Source: Macrostomum lignano
Taxonomy: Eukaryota
Assembly: GCA_002269645.1 (NCBI GenBank)
Contig: NIVC01002188.1
Span: 62,001 to 126,000, forward strand
DNA: 64,000 nucleotides
Reading direction: 5' to 3'
Part shown: piece after piece, positions 12,836 to 28,451 of the stretch
Position numbering within the stretch: position 1 is the stretch's first letter
How the letters are laid out: every line of letters begins with the position of its first letter
Program-made: the position numbers and the translations under genes
Notes under the pieces: generated by a model
The model's database searches: none
The model's input: only the letters and a program-made list of their open reading frames with translations
Told to the model about the DNA's origin: nothing

Positions 12836-15800
12836 ATGAAAGCAGCCGTATTTTGCATTGCTGCAGTCTTCTTAACCATCATATTTTCGTGTGAGTAGCA
12901 AACCAACAAAAACGCTTTATCCATTTATTCAATAAGGTTTCGCCAATTCCTAGTGGTAATACTTTTTATTTTGCAGCTAAGCTAAGCCTGATGGTCACGC
13001 ATATCTGACATTTGGTTTTCTTAGAGATCTCAATTGCTGTTTCTAGGCTGAGATCGGCCGGTATTTTATGCAAAATGTCAATAGCTATTTGAAGTAAAAT
13101 TTACGTTAAAGATCCAACAGCCATCCGTATATTAATGTACGCGTATAGCTCCTGTGTGTATTCTCAGTTAAGCATACATGTATGAACTCTCTTATTGGTA
13201 CAGATATTGGATAATCGGATATAATTTCAGACAAAAGTAATCTGCCAGTCAGTCTATACCATACACATTACTTATGTATGCATACCCGTACGTGAGCTCT
13301 ACGAAATAAAGATCGCAGCAAAGATCGTCGCGGTCTAACAGGCTACCAGTATTTAGAAAAACCTAATAAATATCTATAAATTAGGCCGAGTTTGTGGCCA
13401 TAATATTAATACACCTCCTATTGTTTGTCGTGAGAATTGAAAAATGTAATAAAAAACTATAAATTTGCAGATCCAGCTGATGCAAGGCGAGGTGGCTTTG
13501 GAGGCAGATTTGGTGGCTTTCTTGGGAGCTACAGGTACTCGTTATCATACAGACACTACAGGTACAGAAGCCTCAGGTACAGGCCCAGCTCATCCTCCCG
13601 GACATATAGACGTTACTATCGCCGATATTCCATGCGGTCGGGCGTCTATCCCTCCTCGGTTTATCGACAAAGCTCGCGGGTGAAAGTTTCGGCAACCAAA
13701 ATGGGGTGAGCCAATTCGAGCTTCTTAGATCCTTTTAAAAGGTGTATTAGATTTGGAAAAACATACTCTCGTGAAATCAGAGAGATAAAGATCGAGCTTT
13801 GGTAATGCCACTTTGTTTAAAATACATGTATCAGTCTCCAATACTACAGGGAGGAGGGAGCAACCTGCAAAGTAATAAGGATTCAACACAAGCAAATTAC
13901 TTGTCCCCTAGAGCATAGTACTGTTGAGGTAACAGACACAGGTAGATACCGGGGACAGACACGGGGGAGATATTGGGGGCAGACACAGGTAGATACCGGG
14001 GACAGACACGGGGGAGATATTGGGGGCAGACACAGGTAGATACCGGGGACAGACACGGGGGAGATATTGGGGGCAGACACAGGTAGATACCGGGGACAGA
14101 CACGGGGGAGATATTGGGGGCAGACACAGGTAGATACCGGGGACAGACACGGGGGAGATATTGGGGGCAGACACAGGTAGATACCGGGGACAGACACGGG
14201 GGAGATATTGGAGGCAGACACAGGTAGATACCGGGGACAGACACGGGGGAGATATTGGGGGCAGACACAGGTAGATACCGGGGACAGACACGGGGGAGAT
14301 ATTGGGGGCAGACACAGGTAAATACCGGGGACAGACACGGGGGAGATATTGGGGGCAGACACAGGTAGATACTGGGGACAGACATGGGGGAGATATTGGG
14401 GGCAGACACAGGTAGATACCGGGGACAGGCACGGGGGAGATATTGGGGGCAGACACAGGTAGATACCGGGGACAGACACGGGGAGATATTGGGGGCAGAC
14501 ACAGGTAGATACCGGGGACAGACACGGGGGAACTTTTGACAGTGTTGAGGACAGACTCAAGTTCCGGTTAAGTAACTTCCGGTTCCAAGGAAAGTAACTT
14601 CCGGCACTTGTTCCGGTACCGGTACTTTAAAAAAAAGTAACTTCCGGTACTTCCGTCACCGGTCCTTTCTAACTTTAAAGAACCGCCAATTAAAAAGTAC
14701 TTAAACATGTCTTCGTGAAAAAAACAGTCTCGAGTTAAACACGATGTTATTCCTCAAATAAAGATGCTACATAATGTTTTTTTATTAACGCATCCAAAAT
14801 TTGAGCGAACTAATAAAACCTTTACAAAACAAAGATTAGCAGTTCATCAGGACGATTCAAATAAAAAATTTGGAGGCTGATTTTCAAACATTGATTCTGA
14901 CTCTTCAGAAGTATGTATGGAGATAATTTTTGTCCAATAGATGTGTCACAATGATCAGTGTAGAATACTTCAGGCGACTCTTAGTTTGTGTGGGCCATTC
15001 TCTTGTCGTCCTACTTTGCAATAGTATTGTGCTGTAGTTTTACAGCAGCGTAAGTATACTTTTGTACTGCTGACTCATTTAGAATAAATAATAATATTCT
15101 GGGAGCCTTAGAAATGCCAGTTAACAGTTAACAAAAACATAGGCGTAGGAACGGGGGGGGGCAGTGGGGCAGTAAAAAGTGGGGGGGGGCAGTAATGGTA
15201 TCTGGCCCCTTCACAATTTAAATTTAAAATGTAGAATTTTTGCTTATTTTTAGTTTTTGCTGCTTTGCATGAATGCATTTTGCTGCAGGGCGACAAAACA
15301 TAGCACCTGCAGCGCCAAAATGAGTGCCTGCGTCGCTAAAATGGGTGCCTGCGTCGCTAAAATGGGTGCCTGCGTCGCTAAAATGGGTGCCTGCGGCACT
15401 TTATAAAATGAGTGCTGACAAGACGCGACGGACTCTGAAAATAATCGGTACATGATAATGTGCATTTTCCATATAAAAAATCTGACTCGACGGGGTGTGC
15501 GCCCTGTGCCCCCCCCCCCTAAATCCGTCACTGAACCTGCCTCCCCCACTTTTTGAAACTTTCCTACGCCTATGAACAAAAAAAATGCCGGACAACAAAT
15601 GGCTGGAATTTGATAGATGGACCAATGCACAAGACTTTAAAATAACTTGATTAGTGTTTTTGGGCTGTAATCAGAAAATGAAAATTAGCCTCAAAAAAGT
15701 TAAAACTCAAAACCATGCTCAAACCTTCTTAGAATGCATCACTCGTGTCGTCCTGCACGAACATCGAAATGAAGAAATCGGCCTTCAAAAAATGTTCCAC

Positions 15801-17487
15801 GAATCACGAGTCTGGCGTCCTAATGTACTGCTAGTTATGCTTGTTATAAAACTTCCAAGGGGTTGTTAAACACAATGATGTTTACGAGTATTGTTTTGAA
15901 TGTGTCTTGTTTCAGCATTTATAGTAGTTAACAATTTAATTACTTCATTCTATGATTCTATATATGATGCTTAAAACGTGCTTTAACCTAAAAAGTAAAA
16001 GCCACATGATCTAGGATAATCTTTTTTTACCTTTTTATAATTGTACTACGAGTATTTTGGTGAAAGTTTTGCGCTTTTGAAAAATATTTAGTGCTAAATT
16101 GACTGTTCGGCACCTAAAATTTCATTTTAAAGTACCGGAGGACCGGACTTATCAAAAAGTAACTTCCGTTACCGAAGTCCGGCATTCTAAAAAAAGAACC
16201 GGAAAAAAGTGCCGCTTTAAAAAAAGTAACTTTCGGTACTAAAAGTGCCGGAAGTGCCGGAACTTTGCCCAACACTGGATTTTGAGGACAGACACAGGTA
16301 GATACCGGGGACAGACGGTTCACGGCCCATGCATAGCAATTAAAAGAACCATTTGAGAGCTTGAAATTCGCATGAAGTCCCTGAAAGGAAAAATAAACTT
16401 TGATCTTCCCTCCCGCAGCGGTATCACCAGCAACAAGAAGGCGCTGCTTCTAGCCGGCTCCGTGTACATCGCCACCAGAGTCCGGCCCAGGATATTCAAC
16501 AGCCGAGGCAACCTGTTCAACAAAGTCACCGAAGATTTCGCCATCTGCGCTGGCTTGGTTCGCACTCGTTCAAATTCGACGCATGGCTGGTACGCGTACG
16601 ACCAACCGGAGTTGAATGACTCCAGTACGAGCAGCGCGTTGACTCCAACCGAAATGTCAACCACCCCCGGTTCGAGCACTGCTCAAAGACTGACAGAGAG
16701 TGGAAACAGCACAGGCAGCAGCACGACTTCTCCAATCGTGACCTACCAGTACTTCTTGTGCCCCAGCGATTTGTTCAACTACGCATACGACGGCGAGGAC
16801 ATTTACTGCTGCGGCCCGGCTGGCCACCAGATGTGCTGCAGCAAGGAGGACTTCAAGGAGCAGCTTGGCAAATTCAGCTCTGTGGGACTTGGCATGGGGC
16901 TGCTGTTTGGCGTTTTATTCGTCGCTTCTGGTTGCGGCATTACAATTTATTTGTGTCGCGACAGGGTGCGATCGGTCTTCCGTAAAATGGGCGGCAGCGG
17001 CTCTGCTGGGACAGCCAGACAGGATGTCACATTTCGGCCAGTGGCCAAGACTGAGACTGAGAAGGACGCACACGTGACTCTGTCCGACTTACGCGGACGT
17101 CGTCGCAGCAACAGCCGCAGCCAAAACAACAATCTCTATCCGCATTCAGCTCCGAATCCAGTGCCGTACCCGCTTTATCCGACTGCGATCGGCGGGAGAA
17201 CTCAGCCGCAGTACCCGCATTACCCGCCCCAGGTTAATGGCAGTAGCAATGGCGGCGTCAGTAGCAGGGGAAATCAGCTGCAGTATCCGCTTTACCCGCC
17301 CCAGGTTAATGGCAGTAGCAATGGCGGCGTCAGTAGCAGGGGAAATCAGCCGCAGTACCCGCTTTACCCGCCACCCACCCAGCAGATTCCACCAATGCCT
17401 CAGCATCCGCCGCCAGCATACGAATCCGTTGAAAACGTTACCAGGCCAAGAAGAATGACTAAAAAGTCGTTGCAAACAACTCTCTAG
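12836..17487 (+). CDS. Shisa-like type I membrane protein with cationic R/Y/S/G-rich N-terminus, paralogue A (exons 12836-12890, 13471-13705, 16419-17487; 452 aa)
   Basis: Exon 1 MKAAVFCIAAVFLTIIFS|GTGAGT (phase 1) joins TTTGCAG|exon 2 YPADA-RRGGFGGRFGG..., whose GG|GTGAGC donor (phase 2) matches the polypyrimidine acceptor CTTCCCTCCCGCAG|C. Exon 3 encodes C...FLCP...YCCG...MCC, a TM helix, a juxtamembrane Cys and PPPAY. All four junctions are conserved in paralogue B. Confidence 0.8.
13934..14530. repeat. Minisatellite, 47-bp unit (two diverged 23/24-bp subunits), intron 2 of paralogue A
   Basis: AGACACAGGT at 13934 and 13981; about 12.5 copies. A remnant continues at 16286-16316 after the hAT insertion. 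Confidence 0.95.
14540..16277. mobile_element. hAT-like non-autonomous element in intron 2 of paralogue A, interrupting the minisatellite
   Basis: Termini CAGTGTTG...AAGTTCCGG / CCGGAACTT...CAACACTG. AAGTAACTTCCGG-type subterminal repeats at both ends. Degenerate 8-bp TSD ACTTTTGA / GATTTTGA (6/8). Confidence 0.72.
15138..15574. mobile_element. hAT-like MITE (437 bp) nested in the 14540-16277 element
   Basis: 14-bp perfect TIR CATAGGCGTAGGAA (15138-15151 / 15561-15574). Exact 8-bp TSD AACAAAAA (15130-15137, 15575-15582). Internal 21-bp repeat AAAATGRGTGCCTGCGTCGCT. Confidence 0.88.
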
Positions 17488-17909
17488 CTAGCGACTCTAG
17501 GGGGACTCTTAACTTGCGACTTTTTAACGACTCAAACGCGTCTAAATGTAACCTGGGAGGCAACTGTTGCTCACGTGAGTTATATAATCGTAAAAAAGTC
17601 ACGAAAGAGTTGTCCCTGAATCATTGTTTTGGTGCTTAATTTTCGCTAAAGATGTGAATTTAATTTGTCAAGCGACGCAAATGCGCTTTAAACACAACTC
17701 GTCGAGTGACTCTATAGGTACTTTAGCATGCTTCATATTCGACTCTTTACACGGCTCCAGAGTTGTTATTCCGCTACCCAGAGTCGTTTCAGAGTACAGA
17801 CAATAAAAATCAAATTTTAATACTCGAGTATGTCATCTGCAACGACTCTGAGGCGACTCAATTAAGTGACTGGAACATTTCTTGGCATTTGGGTAGCGTT
17901 TTCATCGGT
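17425..17909. mobile_element. 485-bp TIR element (MITE-like) with 3-bp TSD, inserted in the last codons of paralogue A
   Basis: Imperfect ~28-bp TIR CCGTTGAAAACGTTACC..GCCAAGAA / TTCTTGGC..GGTAGCGTTTTCATCGG. TSD GAA (17422-17424, 17910-17912). The empty site is visible in paralogue B (TAC GAA GAT TTG CAG CAT TGA). Internal CGACTC/GAGTCG repeats. Confidence 0.82.
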
Positions 17910-18644
17910 GAAGATTTTCAGCATTGAAGTTTTTCTGTTCTATTTGGAGGAATTCTCATGGCTAAAAACTGAGATTGTATTGTTCTGGCTCGCAGACATA
18001 GCTATTCAACCATTTAGGTGTTGACCTGACCACAGTGCTAGCCTCTTTGCTTGTACATGTACAATCAAGCACCGATTGTTGCCTAGAACAGCAAATGTAA
18101 ACATTCTATTCGTTGACATCGTTGTCATCTCGCTTAACCTCAAAGTTATTATTCTGAAAAAAAGTATGACTACGAGAATATTATCAAGATAACCGAATAT
18201 TTATTTTTCATTGTACACAAACTTCAAGCATACATTTTTGGCCATATACTTGATACGAAATACTATTGTAACAGCCTGGTTCACATCGTTTTTATCTTAA
18301 TTTGGTAATGAAAACTGTTATTTTTGTTTTAGTGCATATGATTTCTTTTTCATTGTATAATAAATTTCTTTCTCCTGAAACAAAAGCGCCTTATTCATTC
18401 ATACGCTCGTAGCTTTGCCAAGTAAGATTTTTTAAACGTTTTTATTGTGGAAACTTTTTTGCTAATTGCTAAAATTTTGACAGATAATATTATCTTAATC
18501 TGACTGTGCTTCCTAAGATTTTTTCTCAATGTTGCTGTTTTCAATATTCAATATACCTACATAATATTTATAACTCGACTTTGTAAATATTCATTTTCAA
18601 ACTGTACCTCAGTTGTTTTGGTTATTTATTAAGTAATAATGTTT

Positions 18645-19870
18645 ACTTTAGGAGATCTGCACTGGAAGCCTTTTTTGGGAGGAGGGACACTGGGTAGCCG
18701 ATAAAGGAATATCGGCTCCACGATAGCTCGGAAAATCCTGATTTCGAGTTGGTCAGGCACGGGCGAACTAAAGATGGGGCTCAGTTGCCGAGCAGCTCTC
18801 CAGGCTTGCGCGACGCCACCTGCTCGGTAGCGGAAGTTCGAGCAGGAAGAGATTTCGTCGCCCTTTGGGAGGGTGAGAGCAGGTGGGTTCCTGATGCCGA
18901 CGTGGAACACTCGGTCTTGCGAGCGTTCACTTCGGGGCCGACTCTGGCGCCTTCCTCACAGATCCTGTTGAGGCATGATTGAGCGGCCGAAGGGTCTCTG
19001 CACACCAGGGCAATGTCGTCGGCAAAAGCGAGGGCAGCCAGCGTGATCTCAGGGTAGCGCGAGCTGCGGCGCCGAACGACAACGAAGCTATCGTCTCGAG
19101 TCGAAGGCTTTGCGGAATTCGATGAACACGAGGGTCACCGACTTCTGCCGCGTCACGCAGGACTCGATGATGCTGCGGACGGTAGCGATCTGTTCGACGG
19201 TAGATCTGCCTGGGCGGAAATCACTTGCGCCCAGCAGAAGAAGATTGATGACCGACAGCAGTCTGTACCTCAGGATCGAATTGAGGAGCTTACATGTAGG
19301 AGCGTACATTCCAGAGCGATACCTCTGGTTGTCAAGCTGGTGGAAAGGCACTTTTTCGGGATTGAGATAATCTTGGAGATGCGCCAGATGGATGGGGCTT
19401 CGGCGCCGGCATCGCCTCCAAGAAAGGAATATTTATTGAGGAGCGTGGTGATGGTCGAATTGAGCTCTAAGAGTCTGAGGACCCTGGGAAAGACTCCATC
19501 GATGCCAGGAGCAGCATCAGGCTTCATAGGCTTCACCTCGTAGTTTGTGATAGGACTGGTGTTGAAGTCCTCACTGCGAGCAGGGGAGAAGCCAGGCATA
19601 GGCAGGAGCGCCGAGATTGGGCATGGGCGTTGAGCACACGCCGTAGTGCTCCACGAGCTTAGCCTTCCTGTCCTCGACAGAGTCGGCGCCGACGACAGTG
19701 CACTGCCTCGGTTTCCGGCCAGTCAGTTATTGATGGCTCTCCAGGCGGCTGTGTGCCTGCAGTTAGCAGCCGCGTCCCTGATTTCCAGGACAGTCTCCTC
19801 GACGAAGTATCTCGTGCGATCAGAGTAAGAGTAGGTGCGGGTGAGGTTGTCATGGGCGTCGTCGGCATCA
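18645..19870 (-). mobile_element. Degenerate RTE-like non-LTR retrotransposon fragment (RT region), truncated at both ends
   Basis: Broken frames give APGIDG, WRISKIISIPKK, FRPGRSTVEQI, VFIEFRKAFDS, AFADDIALV, VNARKTE, IFRAIVEPIFLY. An internal deletion near 19085-19100 removes the QG motif. Confidence 0.85.
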
Positions 19871-20716
19871 GGAGGCCTAATTTTTCGTTTTTATTTAGTT
19901 TTTTTAAAGTTAGACCTATAAATTGTTGTGAAATTAAAAGAATAATAGGCTAAAATATATAAAGAAAACAACAATGGCAATAAGCATTGCTAAAGCCTAA
20001 AAACTAAAAGCCTTAGTCTGCATATATCAGACGCTCTATTAACATTCTTAATTAGGAAATTAAATTTTAGTAAATTCTGTGAGCGCTATCGTCAAATGAA
20101 AAATATTCATTAACTAAACAAGCCTAAAATAAAATCACAAACTTCGTATGTAGAAAATATACCTTTTCTTATACTTTTTATGATTTACTCAGTAAATATT
20201 GTTTAGAATAGTAGTAGATTAACTGGCTCTAGCAGCCTCCTACATCATTCACGAATCTTTAAAGCCTTATCCCCTTTAGTAAGCTTGTAAAGCGAGTCAC
20301 CCAGTGCTTAAATTCATTCTTATACATGACAGACTGCATACAGTATAACTGATAAATAAACCACTTGCACGATAATTTTGAATTGGAAGGCTCAATGTTT
20401 TAAGACGCTTTAGGCCATCATAACAAAACAGTAGAAATTGATATTTTTGTTAAAACATTAACTAACAATTTTTAGTAAAAATATATTTTAATTAAAAGTT
20501 TAAAATAAAATCTTTATGTATTATTTTTTTCTTGACAAGTTTTGCGGAAGCTAACTAATTTTTTAACTTCATAGATTTATCATCTTTATATTTGCAAGCT
20601 TATTAATTGTATAGCTGAACAGCGGGTTTCAAAATTAGGAATCCTTTTACTAGACTTAAGGAAGCCTTACAGACGTATAAATACAATTTATAAAATTCTA
20701 TTGGCTTCCTGTTGAG

Positions 20717-24264
<3,548 letters not shown>

Positions 24265-25264
24265 AGTTTTCTGATTGCACTGTTGAGGCTTGCAGAGATA
24301 CTCACAAAAATATCCAAGAGTTTAGGGAAGCCATGAGCCATTTAGCTGTTTAGGAATCAAAAGCCAACAGAAGTATCGGAATTTGACTCTTTGTTTCTAG
24401 GAATTTTGAACGACGTATGCTTTCAAAAGTTTTTTAAATAGAAAAACTGTTTGATTTATCTTTTTACTTCTATGTGTTCTTTTCTACGTAACCTGGAAGG
24501 GACCAAACCTAATATGGGGTTAATTTATTTATTGTTTGTAGGAGAGCTGCAGGCACCCTGGCGCAACGCCTTCGGCGATATTGTGCCACAACCAGCGCAG
24601 AGGCGCCAATTCTACCCATTCCACTGACGCATACAAAGCGTCCTGATGTTCTAATCGTCAGGCATGTACATTCTCTGTGCCTTGGCACTCATGGCTGAGA
24701 ATTGAGACGTGCTCTGAATCGAACCAGTAACCAGTAATGACTACTCAGTCATGTAGGCGCATCCATTTTTATCAAACACCATTTTACTCTAGAACAGCAA
24801 ATGTCAACATTCCTGCTCGTTTTTATGTCGCTCAACCTCAATGGCATCATTTTGAAAACATCTATGATGATAGATTTGTGTCATCGAGATAACCAAACAT
24901 TTACCATCTTTTGTTCCTCTTCTATTCCTCTGTAAATTCAACTTTTGCCTCCTGAACCAAAAACGCCTTTCGATAGCTCGTATCAGATAGCAACGCCAAG
25001 TAGACTTTTTTAAGCGTTTTTATTGCGGAAATTTTTGGCAAATTTTTGACAGATAATATTATCCCTTATGACAAGCTTCATGAGAATATTTTTATCAATC
25101 TTGCTTTTTAAAAATTCAATATACCTACATCATATTTTAACTGTTTGTTAAAATGAAGTTTTCTTGAATTTACAATTTTTTAATTGTTTTGTTTTGGTTA
25201 ATAATTAAACGATAATATGTGTATACTTAAAAAAGGGGCATTGTAAGCATTTTGTGGGGAGAAA

Positions 25265-25430
25265 GGACAGCCAGCCAATCAGAAGCCGTCAAAGATAAAG
25301 GACAAATTGGTGCCTTAAACAGCCAATGAGAATCCGTCAAAGGTAAGGAACGAATTGGTGCCTTGAACAGCCAATTAGAATCCGTCAAAGATAAGGGACA
25401 AATTGGTGACTTAAACAGCCAATCAGCTAA
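25265..25430. repeat. 48-bp tandem repeat (~3.5 copies) carrying CCAAT boxes
   Basis: AGCCAAT at 25273, 25321, 25369, 25417; each full unit also has ATTGG. Confidence 0.85.
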
Positions 25431-26745
25431 AAAGTAATTAATATGCAAAAACGGTTTCTTGAAATTCCGTATACATTGAACTAAGGTATTGGTACCGAAC
25501 TAGCTATAACTACGCTTCACCAAACTCGCTCAAAGGCTAAAATAATTATAGGATGAAAAAGCTCGAAATGCAGATAGTTTGAGCAAAAGCCGGTGGCCAC
25601 TAGGAGCAGAAAAAAGCTGTTGCTGCTTTAAAGTGGCCAGCAGTGCAGCGGGCCGTATAAAGCGTTGAGATACGCACAATAAAAGAGAGAGAGGGGCCAC
25701 TAAAATGTAAACCCGTAAAGAAGAAGTCCTGCCCCTAAGGTTCTGTTCGTGTTGGCCAACAGTTTACGAGCTTAATGTCTGTGATTAAATAGAAATTTGC
25801 TTGCTTGATTGCTTGAGCGCGCACACGAGTATGAAACTCCAGCACTATACTCAAAGTTTGGACTGTGCGCAGCAGCCGTAAAAGGAAAGCTGCGAATGGA
25901 GCTTCCACAACTTCTAACCTGCTGTCTCTCCCTAGCGCCCAGAGCGCCCCTATCTCTGACGGAGCGGAGTCCAGTAAGGGCTCAGGCACAGCTCACTGTA
26001 CTCGAGGCATTGCAAGACTCTAAGTAGGCCGCCTATCTAACCTTCTCTTTCCGTTTTCTCTCTCTTCGAACCCAGCCCCGTCTCCGGCGAGCTTCATCAA
26101 TGCGCCGAAAGTGCCCGACGAGGGCAGCTCTGGGGGGCGACTGTGGCAGCAGCACAATAGAAGACAGAAACGCTGGGTAAGACAAGGCCGCGGGTCCAGC
26201 GCCACTATATCAGCAGCTCGAGAGAAGAGAAATTAAGAGAAAGAAATTCGCGTCTCATTGACTAGTCGAGCCCTGCCGCTTTGCTGCTGCTCAGGCTGAT
26301 ATAAGCTTCTTATTTTGCTAAACTATACAGCGCCTGCATCTCTGCAAACGCTGAGACACTGACACCAAAACTTTGAGCGAAGCTGCTTGCCAACCTCCTC
26401 TAACAATACCCGCTTTGGTCGGGGGAGGGCAGGAGAAAGAGAGACACGCCAGAGGACTCTGCCCTAGCAACACAGCCAAAAACAGCTGCATATTCTAGCT
26501 TGGCTTGTCTATCGGATTCTATCGAATCGATTTAACACCTGACTCGAACCAGCGTCCGTCCGCTCCTCGGGTCAGGCAGGCAGAAGCTGGCCTCGAATAA
26601 GAGAGAACTCTCGACTGCCGTCAATCCGAGACTGGAAGACTGCGGGTCGCCAAGGAACACAATGGCAAAGCGTCTGTAGCAACCGACTGATCAACTAACT
26701 TACTTGTGCGACAATATACCGAGGTAACTTCTAGACACAGCAGAC

Positions 26746-28106
26746 ATGTACAATCACCAGCAGCATCAGCAGCAGCAGCAGTCCCAGCAACAGCCGCAGC
26801 AGCAGCAGCAGCAGCTCGCAGGCGCTGGCTCTCACTGGTACAACGCTTGGAAAGCAAAAATCGAAGCCCGCCAGGCGTCGCCGCACCCCTGGCTCAGCTT
26901 GGCCGTCTTTCACGACGGTAGCTACGCCGTTAAACCGCAAAACTCCGCTTCATCGGCGTCGGTGGCGGCAAACTCGGACGGCCTTCAGTACCAGTCGAGC
27001 TACCGGCCAGCCAGTGGTTATGGAATCTACCGCAGCATGCACCAGCAGCTGCGCTACCCGCACCAGCAGCAACAGCAGCCGCACCAGCAGCAGCGACCGC
27101 TCGGCACAACCCGGGCCAGTAGCGCGGTTTTCGGCGCCGCCGGAGGCCGCCGACGTGCCCGGAGTGCTCGGGGCGGCTATGGCGGAGTTGCGGGCCGTCA
27201 CCGTTCGCCGACGCCAGAGCCGCCAGCCGGCCAGGGAGGCTACCTGCCGCCGTCGGCTCTGCGCGGACGAGCGGCCACGCCTCTGACTACGGCGAGCATC
27301 GCAGCGGCGGCCGCAGCGGCGGCTCCCAACGGACCGGATGCAGGGGCCCAGCCGCAGCACAATCACCACACTGTGAGCACCGGTCGTAGGCTTAACCGTC
27401 CTACCGCCGCCGCGGCTTCCGTTTCGTCGTCGTCTGCCTTGCCGAGCGCCGGGGTCGAGGCGCCAACGATCGGGCTGAAGCCGGCGGCTACGGAGACAAC
27501 TCTGGCAAAGACGGCCGCCGAGTCGGGCGACAAGGGTGGCGGCCAGACGGCACCTGCGGTCACTGAAATGCCGACAACAACCACAACAGCAACAACGGCT
27601 AAGCCGGCGGTAGCAACAGCCTCGACCACGATGGTGACGCCGACAGCGACAACAATAACAGCTGGACAGGCAAACTCGGTTGCCCGTCAGCCTCAGCAGC
27701 AGCAGCAGCAGCAGCCGCAGCAACAGCAGCAACCGTTGTCAATGGTATCGCGATCTGGTCTGGCAGCGAACACGCCAAAGCAAGTGGTTCCAACTTCCAC
27801 TTCTCAACCGCAGCAGCCTCAGCCGCAGGCGCCGCCGCAGCCAACTCCGGCCCTCAGTTTTGCCCACTCGGCAACCAGCACCAGTGGCAACGTAACCAGC
27901 TTTTCCTATATGAACTTTCTTAACAGACTTCAAGAGCAGCAGCAACAACAACAACAACAACAACCAACTCTACAAAAGCAGACTCAGCAACAACAACAGC
28001 AACCAACTCTACAAAAGCAGACTCAGCAACAACAACAGCAACCAACTCTACAAAAGCAGACGCAGCCGCAGCAGCAACCACAACAGCAACCGCAGGAGCA
28101 ACGACC

Positions 28107-28175
<69 letters not shown>

Positions 28176-28413
28176 ATCTTCTACATCACTACCTCCTCCA
28201 TCGCCCCGATCCAAACCGCCTCCATCCTATTCTCAGGCTTCGTCGGAAGCCACAACAGTAACAACAAACTCAACAGCAGCAACAGCGGCATCCGCTGTTG
28301 TCCAGGTCACACCAGACAAGCCGCTGGTCTCAGTGACCGAAGGCAGCTGCACCACCGAGATCTATCCAATCAAGTCGATACTAAAGAAGCCTCCCATGGC
28401 TCCGAAGCAGCCT

Positions 28414-28451
<38 letters not shown>

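Noticed and set aside
13465-13683. MQIQLMQGEV.. ORFs (also 21259-21531)
   Set aside because: Alternative frame of exon 2. Splice phases on both sides select the RRGG../RY-rich frame.
13883-14560. Long Cys/Pro-rich ORFs, and likewise ORFs at 21777-22735, 32131-33097, 38181-38930, 39490-39870, 42911-43477, 44771-45661, 46034-46748, 53931-54576 and 61257-61719
   Set aside because: All are translations of minisatellite arrays, often open in several frames or on both strands, with no splice or domain support.
16372-16418. ORF-track N-termini of the Shisa-like ORFs (also 23113-23168)
   Set aside because: Intronic polypyrimidine/acceptor sequence; not conserved between paralogues and no signal peptide.
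25735-26205. Short ORFs with a basic RKRK stretch, possible THAP/transposase relic
   Set aside because: No convincing Cys/His pattern and no TIR/TSD pair found.
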